Under the pieces are notes generated by a model that was not told where the DNA came from, did no database searches, and was given only the letters and a program-made list of their open reading frames with translations. From a virus (lineage: Duplodnaviria > Caudoviricetes), in IMG/VR virus record IMGVR_UViG_3300027840_000002, positions 1-57,851 of that record: 57,851 bases of DNA; one strand, 5' to 3'. This document shows positions 17,890-26,784 of the stretch, one piece after another. The first letter of the stretch is position 1; each line of letters starts with the position of its first letter. The position numbers and the translations under genes were made by a program.

Positions 17890-20187
17890 ATGACATTGCA
17901 AACTTATTACCAGGTCTTGACTGGTGGGCGTCCTGCACACTTCAGAACCTTTGTTGACCCGAAAGAAATGCGTGAAGGCCAGTACGGCAGAAAATATGCC
18001 GGGACGCTTAATGAAGTTTTTCCGAAACTTCAGTCTGATAATTCAGAGTTCCGCGGCGTTTACATGGTTGTCAATCAGGGTGGGGATAGCGATGCCTCTA
18101 TCATGATGGCACGTGCCTGTTTTATTGATATTGACAATGGCGACTTACCGTCTGAATGGCATGTTGAACCAACCATGATCTGCAGTCGCGGTGACAAAAA
18201 AGGACACCATGTTTACTGGTGTCTTAACGAAGGTGTTTCTGATATGGCTACATGGTCAGGTGTACAGAAACAGCTTATCCGGCGCTACAAATCAGATCAG
18301 ACAATTCACAATCCATCCAGGATACTCCGACTTCCTGACATGTTGCACTGGAAAGATATTTCAAACCCTCAGTCCTATAGTCTTATCTATGTAAACGAAA
18401 AAAATCGTTACACACTTGATCAGATTAAAGTCGGTCTGCCGGCAATAGCTGACACCATTTATACCGCGCCGTCAGTGCGTGGTGAGGTAATGCTTGAATC
18501 AGATGACCCTTACAGCATTCAGCGTGCAGTTGCCTATCTGATGAACTGCAGGGTGGCTATAGAGGGTGAAAATGGCGATCACACCACCTTTGCCACTGCT
18601 GCACACTGTCGTGAATTCGGCTTGTCCGAGGGTGTTACGCTGGGTCTGATGATGGAGCACTGGAATCCCCGGTGCGAACCGCCATGGGATCCGTCAGAAC
18701 TTACTCTGAAAATTGCTAACGCCTACGCATATGCTGCGCGCCCACAGGGTTCATCGCATCCGTCTGTGCTGTTCCCACCATCGCCGCCGCCGGATGTACC
18801 TAAACCATCATGCCGCCCGAATAAACCTAAAATGCCGGGTGGTAACGTGATGGACATCACCGGGCAGATTGAATATTTTCGCGGTGTAGTATATCTGGAA
18901 GCACAAAACCGTTTTCTGTGTCCAGATGGTCAGATTATGAAGCCGGAAGCGTTCAGCGCACGCTACAGCGGTTATCAGTTCTCGCTTGATGCTCAGATGG
19001 ATAAGTTCACATTCAAAGCGCATGAAGCGTTCACGCTGTCACGTGGTCACGAATTTACCAAAGCGTGGTCAGCCTGCTTTCGTCCCGAATGTCAACCGGG
19101 CAAGGTTGTCAATGACGAAGGTGTGGACCTCGTAAATATTTACGCACCGGCTTACATCGATCGACGTAAGGGAGACGTAACACCTTTTCTTACGCATCTG
19201 GCTAAGCTTCTGCCAAACGACCGGGATCGCGTGATCGTTCTGTCTTACATGGCTGCGTGCGTTCAGTACCCCGGTATGAAATCGCAGTGGTGCCCGGTTA
19301 TTCAGGGATGCGAGGGGAATGGTAAGTCATTCCTGGGTACCGCGCTGTCATACGCCGTGGGTCGCCGGTACACACACGTTCCGGAAGCGTCAGATCTTGA
19401 ATCCCAGTTCAACGGATGGCTGCAGGGTAATTTGCTGGTTATCGTTGAAGAACTGAAAACAGACGATAAGCACACTTTGCTGGAACGCATGAAGCCGATG
19501 ATCACGAATAAGCGCATTCAAATCCAGCAGAAAGGCATTGACCAGGTTACCGGCGATAATCGTGCTAACTTTATCTGTTTCAGCAACCACCGCGACTGTG
19601 TTCCGATCAAACGCAATGGACGTCGCTACGCTATGCTATATACGGCGCAGCAGTCAGCTGAAGACCTGAAGCGCGATGGTATGCCGCCGGATTATTTCTA
19701 TCGCCTGTATGACTGGGCTGATAACGGCGGCTGGCAGATTATCGCATGGTTCCTGTCACAGTATGAAATCCCTGATGAGTTTAATCCTAAAACTCTGTGT
19801 CAGCGTGCACCCGAAACATCAAGCCAGCACGAAGCAGAAAAACTGTCACTGGGTCGTGTGGAACAGGAAATCATGGAAGCGATTGATAGCGAGATGACAG
19901 GCTTCAAAGGCGACTGGATCAGCAGCTACCACCTGACAAACCTGCTGAAAGAAAAAGGCCTCGAACGTTTCCTGCCGCCTAACAAGCGTCGCGCCACCCT
20001 GGAGGATATCGGTTATATTCAGCACCCGGCACTGGCGGACGGTCGTATCAACAGTCCGATTCCGCTCGAAGGTAAGCCGCGTCTTTATATTGATAAGACA
20101 CGTAAAGACCTGATGAATATTAAAGCACCTAAAGAGGTTGCCGAACTGTATATGATGGCACAAAACAACTTTGCGGGCGGTGTGTGA
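17890..20187 (+). CDS. Primase-helicase (RepB-type primase, PriCT, SF3/D5-like NTPase)
   Basis: FIDID, HVYW, SRILRLP, WNPRCEPPW, GCEGNGKS, VEEL, FSNH, RRY; SD AGGTG before ATG 17890. Confidence 0.9.
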   Translation: MTLQTYYQVLTGGRPAHFRTFVDPKEMREGQYGRKYAGTLNEVFPKLQSDNSEFRGVYMVVNQGGDSDASIMMARACFIDIDNGDLPSEWHVEPTMICSRGDKKGHHVYWCLNEGVSDMATWSGVQKQLIRRYKSDQTIHNPSRILRLPDMLHWKDISNPQSYSLIYVNEKNRYTLDQIKVGLPAIADTIYTAPSVRGEVMLESDDPYSIQRAVAYLMNCRVAIEGENGDHTTFATAAHCREFGLSEGVTLGLMMEHWNPRCEPPWDPSELTLKIANAYAYAARPQGSSHPSVLFPPSPPPDVPKPSCRPNKPKMPGGNVMDITGQIEYFRGVVYLEAQNRFLCPDGQIMKPEAFSARYSGYQFSLDAQMDKFTFKAHEAFTLSRGHEFTKAWSACFRPECQPGKVVNDEGVDLVNIYAPAYIDRRKGDVTPFLTHLAKLLPNDRDRVIVLSYMAACVQYPGMKSQWCPVIQGCEGNGKSFLGTALSYAVGRRYTHVPEASDLESQFNGWLQGNLLVIVEELKTDDKHTLLERMKPMITNKRIQIQQKGIDQVTGDNRANFICFSNHRDCVPIKRNGRRYAMLYTAQQSAEDLKRDGMPPDYFYRLYDWADNGGWQIIAWFLSQYEIPDEFNPKTLCQRAPETSSQHEAEKLSLGRVEQEIMEAIDSEMTGFKGDWISSYHLTNLLKEKGLERFLPPNKRRATLEDIGYIQHPALADGRINSPIPLEGKPRLYIDKTRKDLMNIKAPKEVAELYMMAQNNFAGGV

Positions 20188-21509
20188 TGACTACATACGG
20201 AAGTGTGTGCAGCGGCATTGAAGCCGCTTCGGTAGCGTGGGAAAGCCTCGGATGGCAACCCGCATGGTTCTCACAGTTTGATCCTGAACATAATTATAAA
20301 CGTCAGGCTGATTTCCCATCTCGGGTTCTGGCTCATCACTGGCCGCACGTCCCAAACCTGGGTGACATGACGAAAATTGCCGATCTGGTTCGCTGGGGTG
20401 CTATTGAAGCACCTGACGTTCTGGTCGGTGGTACACCCTGCCAGGCATTCAGTGTTGCAGGACTACGTAAAGGACTGTCGGATCCTCGGGGTCAGTTAAC
20501 TATTTCATTTGGAGAACTCGCCGATGCAATCGACGAAAAACGAGAAAAACCATGCACTATCATCTGGGAAAATGTACCCGGAGTGCTCAACAGCAAGGAC
20601 AACGCTTTTGGATGCTTTCTTGCCCTGCTTGCCGGTGAAAGCTGTGAGCTGCAACCACCAGGGCGAAAATGGACAAACGCGGGTTGTGTGTCTGGACCCA
20701 AAAGAATTGTCGCGTGGCGAGTTCTCGATGCTCAATACTTCGGAGTGGCCCAACGACGCCGGCGTGTGTTCGTTGTCGCAAGTGCTGATCCGGAATTCGA
20801 TCCCACAGCAGTACTTTTTGAGTCCGACAGCCTGCGCCGGGATACTCCGCCGCGCAGAGAAACGGGGAAGGAAACTACCGGAAATGCTGGACAAGGCTTT
20901 AAGACAGGTAGCCACTGGGACGGTGAACAGTATCCACACCCCAGCTTGAGTCAGTCATTTAATACAGGCGGTATTGGTCAGAGTAATCAGGAAGTATTCA
21001 GTCAACGGGGAGCGGGTCTGGTACAGTGTTTTGGTGGTGGAAATACAGCCGGTGAAATTGATGTTGCAACCACTTGTACGGCGCACGGTAATCGTCAGGA
21101 TTTCGATACGGAGACATTCGCTGTGTTTAACTGGCAAGCGGGCGGTAATACGTCGTCAGATTTGGGTATGAATTCTCATTATGCCGGTACATTACAGGCG
21201 AGCACTCATCCGGCTATTTGTTTTGCCCCTGGTAATCTGACACGTGGTGGAGGAATGTCACCCTCAACTGAAACAACAGGAACTTTATGTGCACATGGCG
21301 GGCGATCTTATAGTGATCAGTCGCCATGTGTGGCAGCTGATATGCAGGTACGTCGACTAATGCCGGTAGAGTGTGAACGTTTGCAGGGTTTTCGGGATGG
21401 TCATACTGATATACCTGGTGCGAAGGATGGACCGCGTTATAAAGCGCTGGGAAACAGTATGGCGGTTCCGGTGATGAGATGGTTAGGACGAAAAATCAGC
21501 CCGCGCTAA
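20184..21509 (+). CDS. DNA cytosine-C5 methyltransferase
   Basis: GSVCSGIEA, GGTPCQAFS, WENVPG, QRRRRVF, RRLMPVECERLQGF, YKALGNS. Confidence 0.95.
   Translation: MMTTYGSVCSGIEAASVAWESLGWQPAWFSQFDPEHNYKRQADFPSRVLAHHWPHVPNLGDMTKIADLVRWGAIEAPDVLVGGTPCQAFSVAGLRKGLSDPRGQLTISFGELADAIDEKREKPCTIIWENVPGVLNSKDNAFGCFLALLAGESCELQPPGRKWTNAGCVSGPKRIVAWRVLDAQYFGVAQRRRRVFVVASADPEFDPTAVLFESDSLRRDTPPRRETGKETTGNAGQGFKTGSHWDGEQYPHPSLSQSFNTGGIGQSNQEVFSQRGAGLVQCFGGGNTAGEIDVATTCTAHGNRQDFDTETFAVFNWQAGGNTSSDLGMNSHYAGTLQASTHPAICFAPGNLTRGGGMSPSTETTGTLCAHGGRSYSDQSPCVAADMQVRRLMPVECERLQGFRDGHTDIPGAKDGPRYKALGNSMAVPVMRWLGRKISPR
20524..20949 (+). CDS. Nested +1-frame ORF within the C5 methyltransferase (M.EcoHK31I beta-like)
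   Basis: 141 codons open, GGAG 9 nt before ATG; SEWPN..CSLSQVL...YFLSPTACAGILRRAEKRGRKLP. Confidence 0.6.
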   Translation: MQSTKNEKNHALSSGKMYPECSTARTTLLDAFLPCLPVKAVSCNHQGENGQTRVVCLDPKELSRGEFSMLNTSEWPNDAGVCSLSQVLIRNSIPQQYFLSPTACAGILRRAEKRGRKLPEMLDKALRQVATGTVNSIHTPA

Positions 21510-21524
21510 GCGGGCTTTCTTTTA
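21491..21524. terminator. Bidirectional terminator
   Basis: AGCCCGC-GCTAA-GCGGGCT plus TTCTTTT at a convergent junction. Confidence 0.7.
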
Positions 21525-21811
21525 TGGTAGCGCACAATCTGAGAAACGTACGATTGAGGAATTTCCATTTTATCAGCTATCTCTGTGACACTCAGACCTT
21601 CATCGTGTAGTGCGCGACACAGTTCGACATCATGATCGCTGTGTTTAACGGCGTAATGATTATCCCCGTTTTTGATCATAGAAATACCGAGCAGATGTAC
21701 CCGGTTAGTTACTGACTTTCGCGATCGGTTTAACATTACGGCTATCTGTGCGGCGGTATGCGTCCTTGCATACTGTCTGAGGATCGAATCCTCTAACGGT
21801 GAATACTTCAT
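21506..21811 (-). CDS. DNA-binding protein (Myb/GcrA-like repeat plus HTH)
   Basis: YSPLEDSILR...AQIAVMLNRSRKSV.NR..LGI, then GLSVTEIADKMEIPQSYVSQI. Confidence 0.75.
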   Translation of the reverse strand: MKYSPLEDSILRQYARTHTAAQIAVMLNRSRKSVTNRVHLLGISMIKNGDNHYAVKHSDHDVELCRALHDEGLSVTEIADKMEIPQSYVSQIVRYHKRKPA

Positions 21812-22072
21812 TTACTCGCCGCGTGCACGGAGCATAAAATCCGCCTGGCTATAAGCTGCTCTTGCCATCATAAGTTGTTCATTACGGTCCAGAGATAGCG
21901 GAATAGACTGCAGAGCCAGCCCTGCGAAATGGTCACGCAGTGTCATTCCCGCTATTGGCATGTTGTGTTCACTACCCGGAATCGGAAATGCTGACCCGCC
22001 TGTTTCTTTATTTATTATGAATCTCCCGCTTAAACCGCTATCTAAAATATCTTCAGCATCAGAGCGTTTCAT
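21812..22072 (-). CDS. Hypothetical protein (GMTLRDxFA family)
   Basis: GGSAFP...GMTLRDHFAGLALQ...AY..AD.ML.AR, a motif common in phages. Confidence 0.75.
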   Translation of the reverse strand: MKRSDAEDILDSGLSGRFIINKETGGSAFPIPGSEHNMPIAGMTLRDHFAGLALQSIPLSLDRNEQLMMARAAYSQADFMLRARGE

Positions 22073-22233
22073 ACATTATACTCCTTAACGGTTTGCAGGG
22101 TGCCGGTACGCACTAAGCGCCGGCGGATGTTATGCAGCCATAGCCAGGGTGAGAATAAACGGCTGACTACGCGCTGTGATTCACGATTGCGGATCTCAAG
22201 AATGTACATAATTTTTCTCCGAGAATTTATTAT

Positions 22234-22368
22234 CTATTTCCTTCTTGAGGCTTTAAGTCCTGCCTCAAAACCTTTTGTATAGACAATCTGACCGATCCAG
22301 TAAATACCTAAAGCTATTAATACACCGATAGCAAAGCCTATTACTGATAATAATTCTTGACTATCCAT
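22234..22368 (-). CDS. Small membrane protein (44 aa, not in ORF track)
   Basis: SD AAGGA; MDSQELLSVIGFAIGVLIALGIYWIGQIVYTKGFEAGLKASRRK. Confidence 0.65.
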   Translation of the reverse strand: MDSQELLSVIGFAIGVLIALGIYWIGQIVYTKGFEAGLKASRRK

Positions 22369-22580
22369 TTTATTTTCCTTACTTAAACTGCACCGCCGTA
22401 GCGGTGCTGGTTGTTTTATTCATAATCTTGATAGTCAATCTCTTTACTATCACCATCGCAAACAATATCTGAACCAAAATAAAAATTATGCCAAATCGCC
22501 TGCTCTATAGTAATGCTCTCGTAACTCATATCCATTTTATTTTCCTTGCTTAAAGTGCGCCACCGTAGCGGCGCTGGTTG
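22363..22580 (-). repeat. Two 51-bp direct repeats (22363-22413, 22530-22580): UACG hairpin, SD and start codon
   Basis: 46/51 identical; each precedes a micro-ORF. Confidence 0.9.
22416..22535 (-). CDS. Small acidic protein (39 aa, not in ORF track)
   Basis: SD AAGGA; MDMSYESITIEQAIWHNFYFGSDIVCDGDSKEIDYQDYE. Confidence 0.6.
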   Translation of the reverse strand: MDMSYESITIEQAIWHNFYFGSDIVCDGDSKEIDYQDYE

Positions 22581-22581
22581 G

Positions 22582-22872
22582 TTAGTTCGGTGATAAACCA
22601 GAATCCCGTATGAATGTTAAAAACGGTACTCCTTCATCATTCTTTGAGACTTTAACATCGCCGATGTTATGCAGCCAATCAAACGCAGCGCACATGTTGT
22701 GCAACACATCCCAAAACCCCGAGTCGTTATTATCCACGCCGAAAGAAGAAATGAAATCATCAGCAAGATCGAAAGTTGATTTTACTGATCCGATGGGAAC
22801 GCTGCGGAGAAAGTTAACAACAAATCTCACATCCCATGCTTTTTGTTGAACATCTGAAATATTAAATGACAT
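22582..22872 (-). CDS. Hypothetical protein
   Basis: SD GGAG; first gene after a sigma70 promoter. Confidence 0.7.
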   Translation of the reverse strand: MSFNISDVQQKAWDVRFVVNFLRSVPIGSVKSTFDLADDFISSFGVDNNDSGFWDVLHNMCAAFDWLHNIGDVKVSKNDEGVPFLTFIRDSGLSPN

Positions 22873-22907
22873 GATTATTACTCCGCTATCTGGCCGCCTT
22901 GAAAACT

Positions 22908-22967
22908 ATAGTACGACAACGCGTACACACCGTCAACAATTATTTTATAGTGAGTATAAATAAAAAA
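22908..22967 (-). promoter_or_regulatory. Early sigma70 promoter with AT-rich upstream element
   Basis: TTGACG-17-TACTAT. The upstream TTTTTATTTATACTcACTATAAAATAATTGTTGACGGTG is nearly identical to 26694-26732. Confidence 0.85.
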
Positions 22968-22983
22968 GCGCCCGAAGGCGCTT
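22962..22983 (-). terminator. Intrinsic terminator
   Basis: GCGCC-TTCG-GGCGC plus T6. Confidence 0.8.
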
Positions 22984-23503
22984 AGTATAACAATTCTAAA
23001 AGTCTTTCATAGAACATCCCGGAAACGTTGTCTGGCGTTTCGTCAAGCCATCGTATCGTACTCAGCGGTTCGATACCCTGCAGGCACGGCCAGTTTACAC
23101 CGTCGTCACCCAGGAGTAACTTTCGTTCTGTAGCGAGCATTGTCAGATCGGCTAGCTTAACTTCCGGTGACATTTTATCAGGTAGTCCGAACCGGCGACG
23201 CACGACTGATTCAATCCGATCCTCAAGCGCACGGTAATCCGGCAGCAGTGACTTAAGCGGTGAACTGACGTCACCCGTGTACGCTTCATGCGCGTCGTGT
23301 AGCAGCGCTTCAAGGGCGAACTCACGTGACACTATGTAAGACGCGTTCAGCGAGTGAACAGCAACGCTATAAGGTTTTTTAGTGTGGCCCGTGAAACGAT
23401 TTATATGTGACAGAGCACGCGCAATGTCAATGATGCTGACCATTTCAGGCTGAGGATCCTGCAGGTCGAAGTGTATACCGGTGGATGTTTGAATGTAGAT
23501 CAT
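22982..23503 (-). CDS. HD-domain 5'-deoxynucleotidase (YfbR-like)
   Basis: DIARALSHINRFTGH..YSVAVHS, ALLHDAHEAYTGD, VKLAD...ATE. Confidence 0.9.
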   Translation of the reverse strand: MIYIQTSTGIHFDLQDPQPEMVSIIDIARALSHINRFTGHTKKPYSVAVHSLNASYIVSREFALEALLHDAHEAYTGDVSSPLKSLLPDYRALEDRIESVVRRRFGLPDKMSPEVKLADLTMLATERKLLLGDDGVNWPCLQGIEPLSTIRWLDETPDNVSGMFYERLLELLY

Positions 23504-23505
23504 TG

Positions 23506-24300
23506 TTATGGTCTCCAGACGACGCCTAAAACTTTCTCAGGCTTTCGCTTTTTTATGTTTGAAATATAGGTCATCGCCTGCTTGACATTTTCACAATGAG
23601 TAAGTGTGACCCACCAGAAGAAACCTACTCTTTTTTGAACAGATGGTGAGGTTACTTGATTACCGAATGGTGTGTACCACCTGATAGTTGCGATTCTGTA
23701 TTTAGTCATCATTAACCCTGCCATTTCATTGCGGCATCTAACTCAGCCTGCGGGATGTTAAGTAACGTCTTGCGTTGCGACGGTGTGATTTTACCCAGTC
23801 CGCAAAATACGATCTGACCGTGCTGATTGCGAACTGTGGAAACACCTTTCTCACGATACATATTTAATAGTGCTAATGTGTTCATTCGGTGACCTCCCAG
23901 CCATAACCCTTGGTAAATTTAATCAGCGCTCGTTTACGTAAATGCTGTAACCGACCATCGATTACGCGGAAAGCTTCACGCTTTGTCTGTTTCGCAATTT
24001 TCTGAGCTATATCATGGATTTCAACGTTTTCGATCTCGTAAAATCGACGTTTGTTATTGACGATCTGCTCTAAAATCTTACGGTCTAATTCACTGTAATC
24101 AGTATTCATTCGGTCACCTCATCAAATGAGTTATTGCGAACAGCTTCAATCAATTCGTCAGCATCAACAGTGAATGATTTGACTGTTTCGCAGCCTCCTA
24201 CTTTCGCACCGGCGATGCGATAACCGCCATTTTTATCACAAATGCAAAGTGACAACCCGCCTTCAATATTTCGACTTATTTCTACACATACTTTTTTCAT
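23506..24300 (-). CDS. Four small hypothetical genes (23506-23712, 23712-23885, 23882-24109, 24106-24300)
   Basis: Stop/start-coupled ORFs of 57-75 aa; SD GAGGT precedes two of them. Confidence 0.65.
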
Positions 24301-25067
24301 TCCACCCCTCCGATGATTTCATTTCGTTTATCTAACACCTCGGTCATATCGACATAACCGTAACCGTACTCTTCACCTGGTGGTGGCGGGTTCTTACCGT
24401 CATTCATTGCAAGCTTATCCGGGAATGCTCCTGTGTACCACGACAGGTCGCCGGCGTTTAACAGGCGAATACCTTTCCAGGCAATACCGCTACCCATATC
24501 CCAGTTCAGCTTAGTACGGATTGTCGGCATGTCCATTGCGGCAATCACCTCATCTTCTGCGATCGATGGATCATCACTCCAGATTCGGATCCAGTACGTC
24601 AGATCGTATGCGGTGAGAGGCTTGTTAATACCCGGACCTTCCCACAGGCACTGACGCTTAACGATCGCCTGGTGAATGAAACCTTTCCATGACACGGCGT
24701 AGTTCTCAACTGATGCCGGCAGGTGCATATCGATGCCTCGCGCCTGAGCAACAGCGTTAACCTGATCTGCGCGCGCTACGTATGTTGGTACACAGAATAT
24801 CAGATCGAGACTTTCAGCCGTTTTAATTATCGCATCATCAGTCAGATAACGACACTGAGCCTTTTCAATAATATCCGCACTGTTTTCAGGAATACCCACG
24901 GCGTGCCAGTAGCCGTTAGTATAGTACGATCTGTTACCGAAAAAAGTACCGAGACGACGCATGTCGAAAAACGGATCTATTTTCTTAATATATTCCGCGA
25001 TGTCTTTCTTTGACGTTTTAAAGTCAATATCGCGGCGGAATTCAAAGTCAGTCAGCAATAATGGCAT
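24297..25067 (-). CDS. Hypothetical protein, possible C-terminal winged-helix
   Basis: 256-aa ORF; RTK...GIAWKGIRL resembles D5-type C-terminal winged-helix ends (weak). Confidence 0.55.
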   Translation of the reverse strand: MPLLLTDFEFRRDIDFKTSKKDIAEYIKKIDPFFDMRRLGTFFGNRSYYTNGYWHAVGIPENSADIIEKAQCRYLTDDAIIKTAESLDLIFCVPTYVARADQVNAVAQARGIDMHLPASVENYAVSWKGFIHQAIVKRQCLWEGPGINKPLTAYDLTYWIRIWSDDPSIAEDEVIAAMDMPTIRTKLNWDMGSGIAWKGIRLLNAGDLSWYTGAFPDKLAMNDGKNPPPPGEEYGYGYVDMTEVLDKRNEIIGGVE

Positions 25068-25425
25068 TTTTAATAAACCCCCGTGAAATAGTTACACCGT
25101 ACGTACCGATAATATTTACCGGTACACCCTGCGATGTCATACGGTCGTTTTCATCCACGCAACTATTCTCTGTGAGCCAGTAATACGCATGAAATTCATC
25201 CACCTCAAACGGGATACGAACAGATTCACCAGGGCGGTAAATGAGGCGTTTTAACCATGCGATAGTCGTCTCAGGGATCTCCGGCGCTGCGTTAATGATG
25301 ACCGTCTGGGTACGTCCCATCAGGCTGACATTACGTAATACGTCGCCGCCGCACATGTGTGCCGCTGTTTTAGGGGGTAACCCCGCTGGTATCTGGCAGA
25401 TCGAATGCTTGCGAAATTTAATCAT
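25048..25425 (-). CDS. Hypothetical protein
   Basis: SD AGAGGA before ATG (MIKFRK). Confidence 0.65.
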   Translation of the reverse strand: MIKFRKHSICQIPAGLPPKTAAHMCGGDVLRNVSLMGRTQTVIINAAPEIPETTIAWLKRLIYRPGESVRIPFEVDEFHAYYWLTENSCVDENDRMTSQGVPVNIIGTYGVTISRGFIKNAIIAD

Positions 25426-25560
25426 TTTGTCCTCTTTTGCTAGGTTGAATAATTTATAACGTATCACACGATTCTGTTTGACGTCAAGTACGGGCTTAAC
25501 CGGGCGTTCGGTGTGTATGGAAATCAATGTGTTAGAGAGTAACTTCTCTACCCCCAACAC

Positions 25561-25800
25561 TGACTAAATCCATTACAGTATTCTACAATATATATATATA
25601 TACATTATATTACTATACATACTCTATTATTATATTTATATTTATATTTAAGAGAATAATAAAGGGAGTAAGGGGGTTTGTCAGACTGGCTGCGAGTCCG
25701 ATGCGCGGGTTTCGTTCGGTCTGGTTCGGTGTGTAAATTTTAGCTGTGGATAAGCTGTGGATAACTTTAAAAAGTTGATAAGCTGTGGATAACTTTAAGT
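25561..25800. other. Putative replication origin: AT-rich tract plus three DnaA boxes
   Basis: ~100-bp very AT-rich tract with (TA)n; TGTGGATAA at 25745, 25756, 25784; at a strand switch. Confidence 0.6.
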
Positions 25801-25862
25801 GTTGATTTTAACTGGTTGAGGTGCTACTCTCAGTCACTGGTAATACTGCGAGGCGTAACGGG

Positions 25863-26054
25863 ATGAACGAATATACACACAAAGGTTTATTTGCTTATTG
25901 CATTCCGGTGTATATTAAATTCGACCGGTTTAATATACCGCAGTTAGAAGGTCGCAATTATATTTGCGATAAATTATTAAGCGGTGCGTTGTACATATGG
26001 GAACGTTTTATTTATTCAGACTTCCCGATTGTTATTACAGGTGAATTAAAATGA
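25863..26054 (+). CDS. Hypothetical protein
   Basis: SD GAGG; ATGA overlap with terS. Confidence 0.6.
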   Translation: MNEYTHKGLFAYCIPVYIKFDRFNIPQLEGRNYICDKLLSGALYIWERFIYSDFPIVITGELK

Positions 26055-26668
26055 CAATTGACGAATTGAGAAATGAATTAGATCCGCTGGTCGCAAACTT
26101 TTGCGATTTATATATTCAGCGTGATATTAATTCGCTTTCTAATTCTGATATTGTTAAACAGGTTTGGCCTGATATTAACTGTCCCGGACAGAAAGCCGCA
26201 CGTTTATTAAAACGACCTGATGTTAATAATTATTTGATTGCTCGACAGACTGACATCTGTCAAAGCGTCGAGATGGGACTGGCTGAAATCCGTTTGCGAC
26301 TCGCACAGGATGTACGCGGCGTTCATGACCGTTTCCCGTACCTGGAGTGGCTACCCGTCCAGGATGAGAAGGGTCGCACTAAGTTCCTGCCGCACATTCT
26401 GTCTGTTGATGATATCCCGCCGGAAGATCGTCGTTACATCGCGATGCTGGAAGAATCAGACAACGGTTATTACGCCGTCACCCTGGTTGAGGACCTGCAG
26501 CCTAAAGACCGTAACAAAGCGTACGAAATGCTGATCCGCATGCAGGGCGGTTTTAACGACAACGTGAACCTGCATGCCAGCGTGCGAACCGTCACACCGG
26601 AAGATGTGGCTAATGCACATGACAGCAAAGAAGCGTGCGACCTGTATCAGCAGGCAATGAAAGGGTGA
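26051..26668 (+). CDS. Terminase small subunit
   Basis: FCDLY...AARLLKRPDV..YL N-terminal HTH, DR.KA.EML.R..G.F C-terminal motif; upstream of terL. Confidence 0.8.
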   Translation: MTIDELRNELDPLVANFCDLYIQRDINSLSNSDIVKQVWPDINCPGQKAARLLKRPDVNNYLIARQTDICQSVEMGLAEIRLRLAQDVRGVHDRFPYLEWLPVQDEKGRTKFLPHILSVDDIPPEDRRYIAMLEESDNGYYAVTLVEDLQPKDRNKAYEMLIRMQGGFNDNVNLHASVRTVTPEDVANAHDSKEACDLYQQAMKG

Positions 26669-26674
26669 CCATCG

Positions 26675-26751
26675 AAGCGTGCAGCGATGCACGTTTTTAT
26701 TTATACTAACTATAAAATAATTGTTGACGGTGCGTACGACTGTGATATCAT
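26675..26751 (+). promoter_or_regulatory. Terminator followed by an early sigma70 promoter
   Basis: CGTGCA-GCGA-TGCACG-T5, then TTGACG-16-TATCAT. Confidence 0.75.
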
Positions 26752-26784
26752 TACCTCAACGAAACGAAATTGAGGAATTGAAAA

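Noticed and set aside
22982-23503. HD hydrolase as DatZ, implying a 2-aminoadenine (Z) or other hypermodified genome
   Set aside because: No PurZ, queuosine-pathway, DpdA or thymidylate-synthase-like gene was recognised. YfbR-like hydrolases are common on their own.
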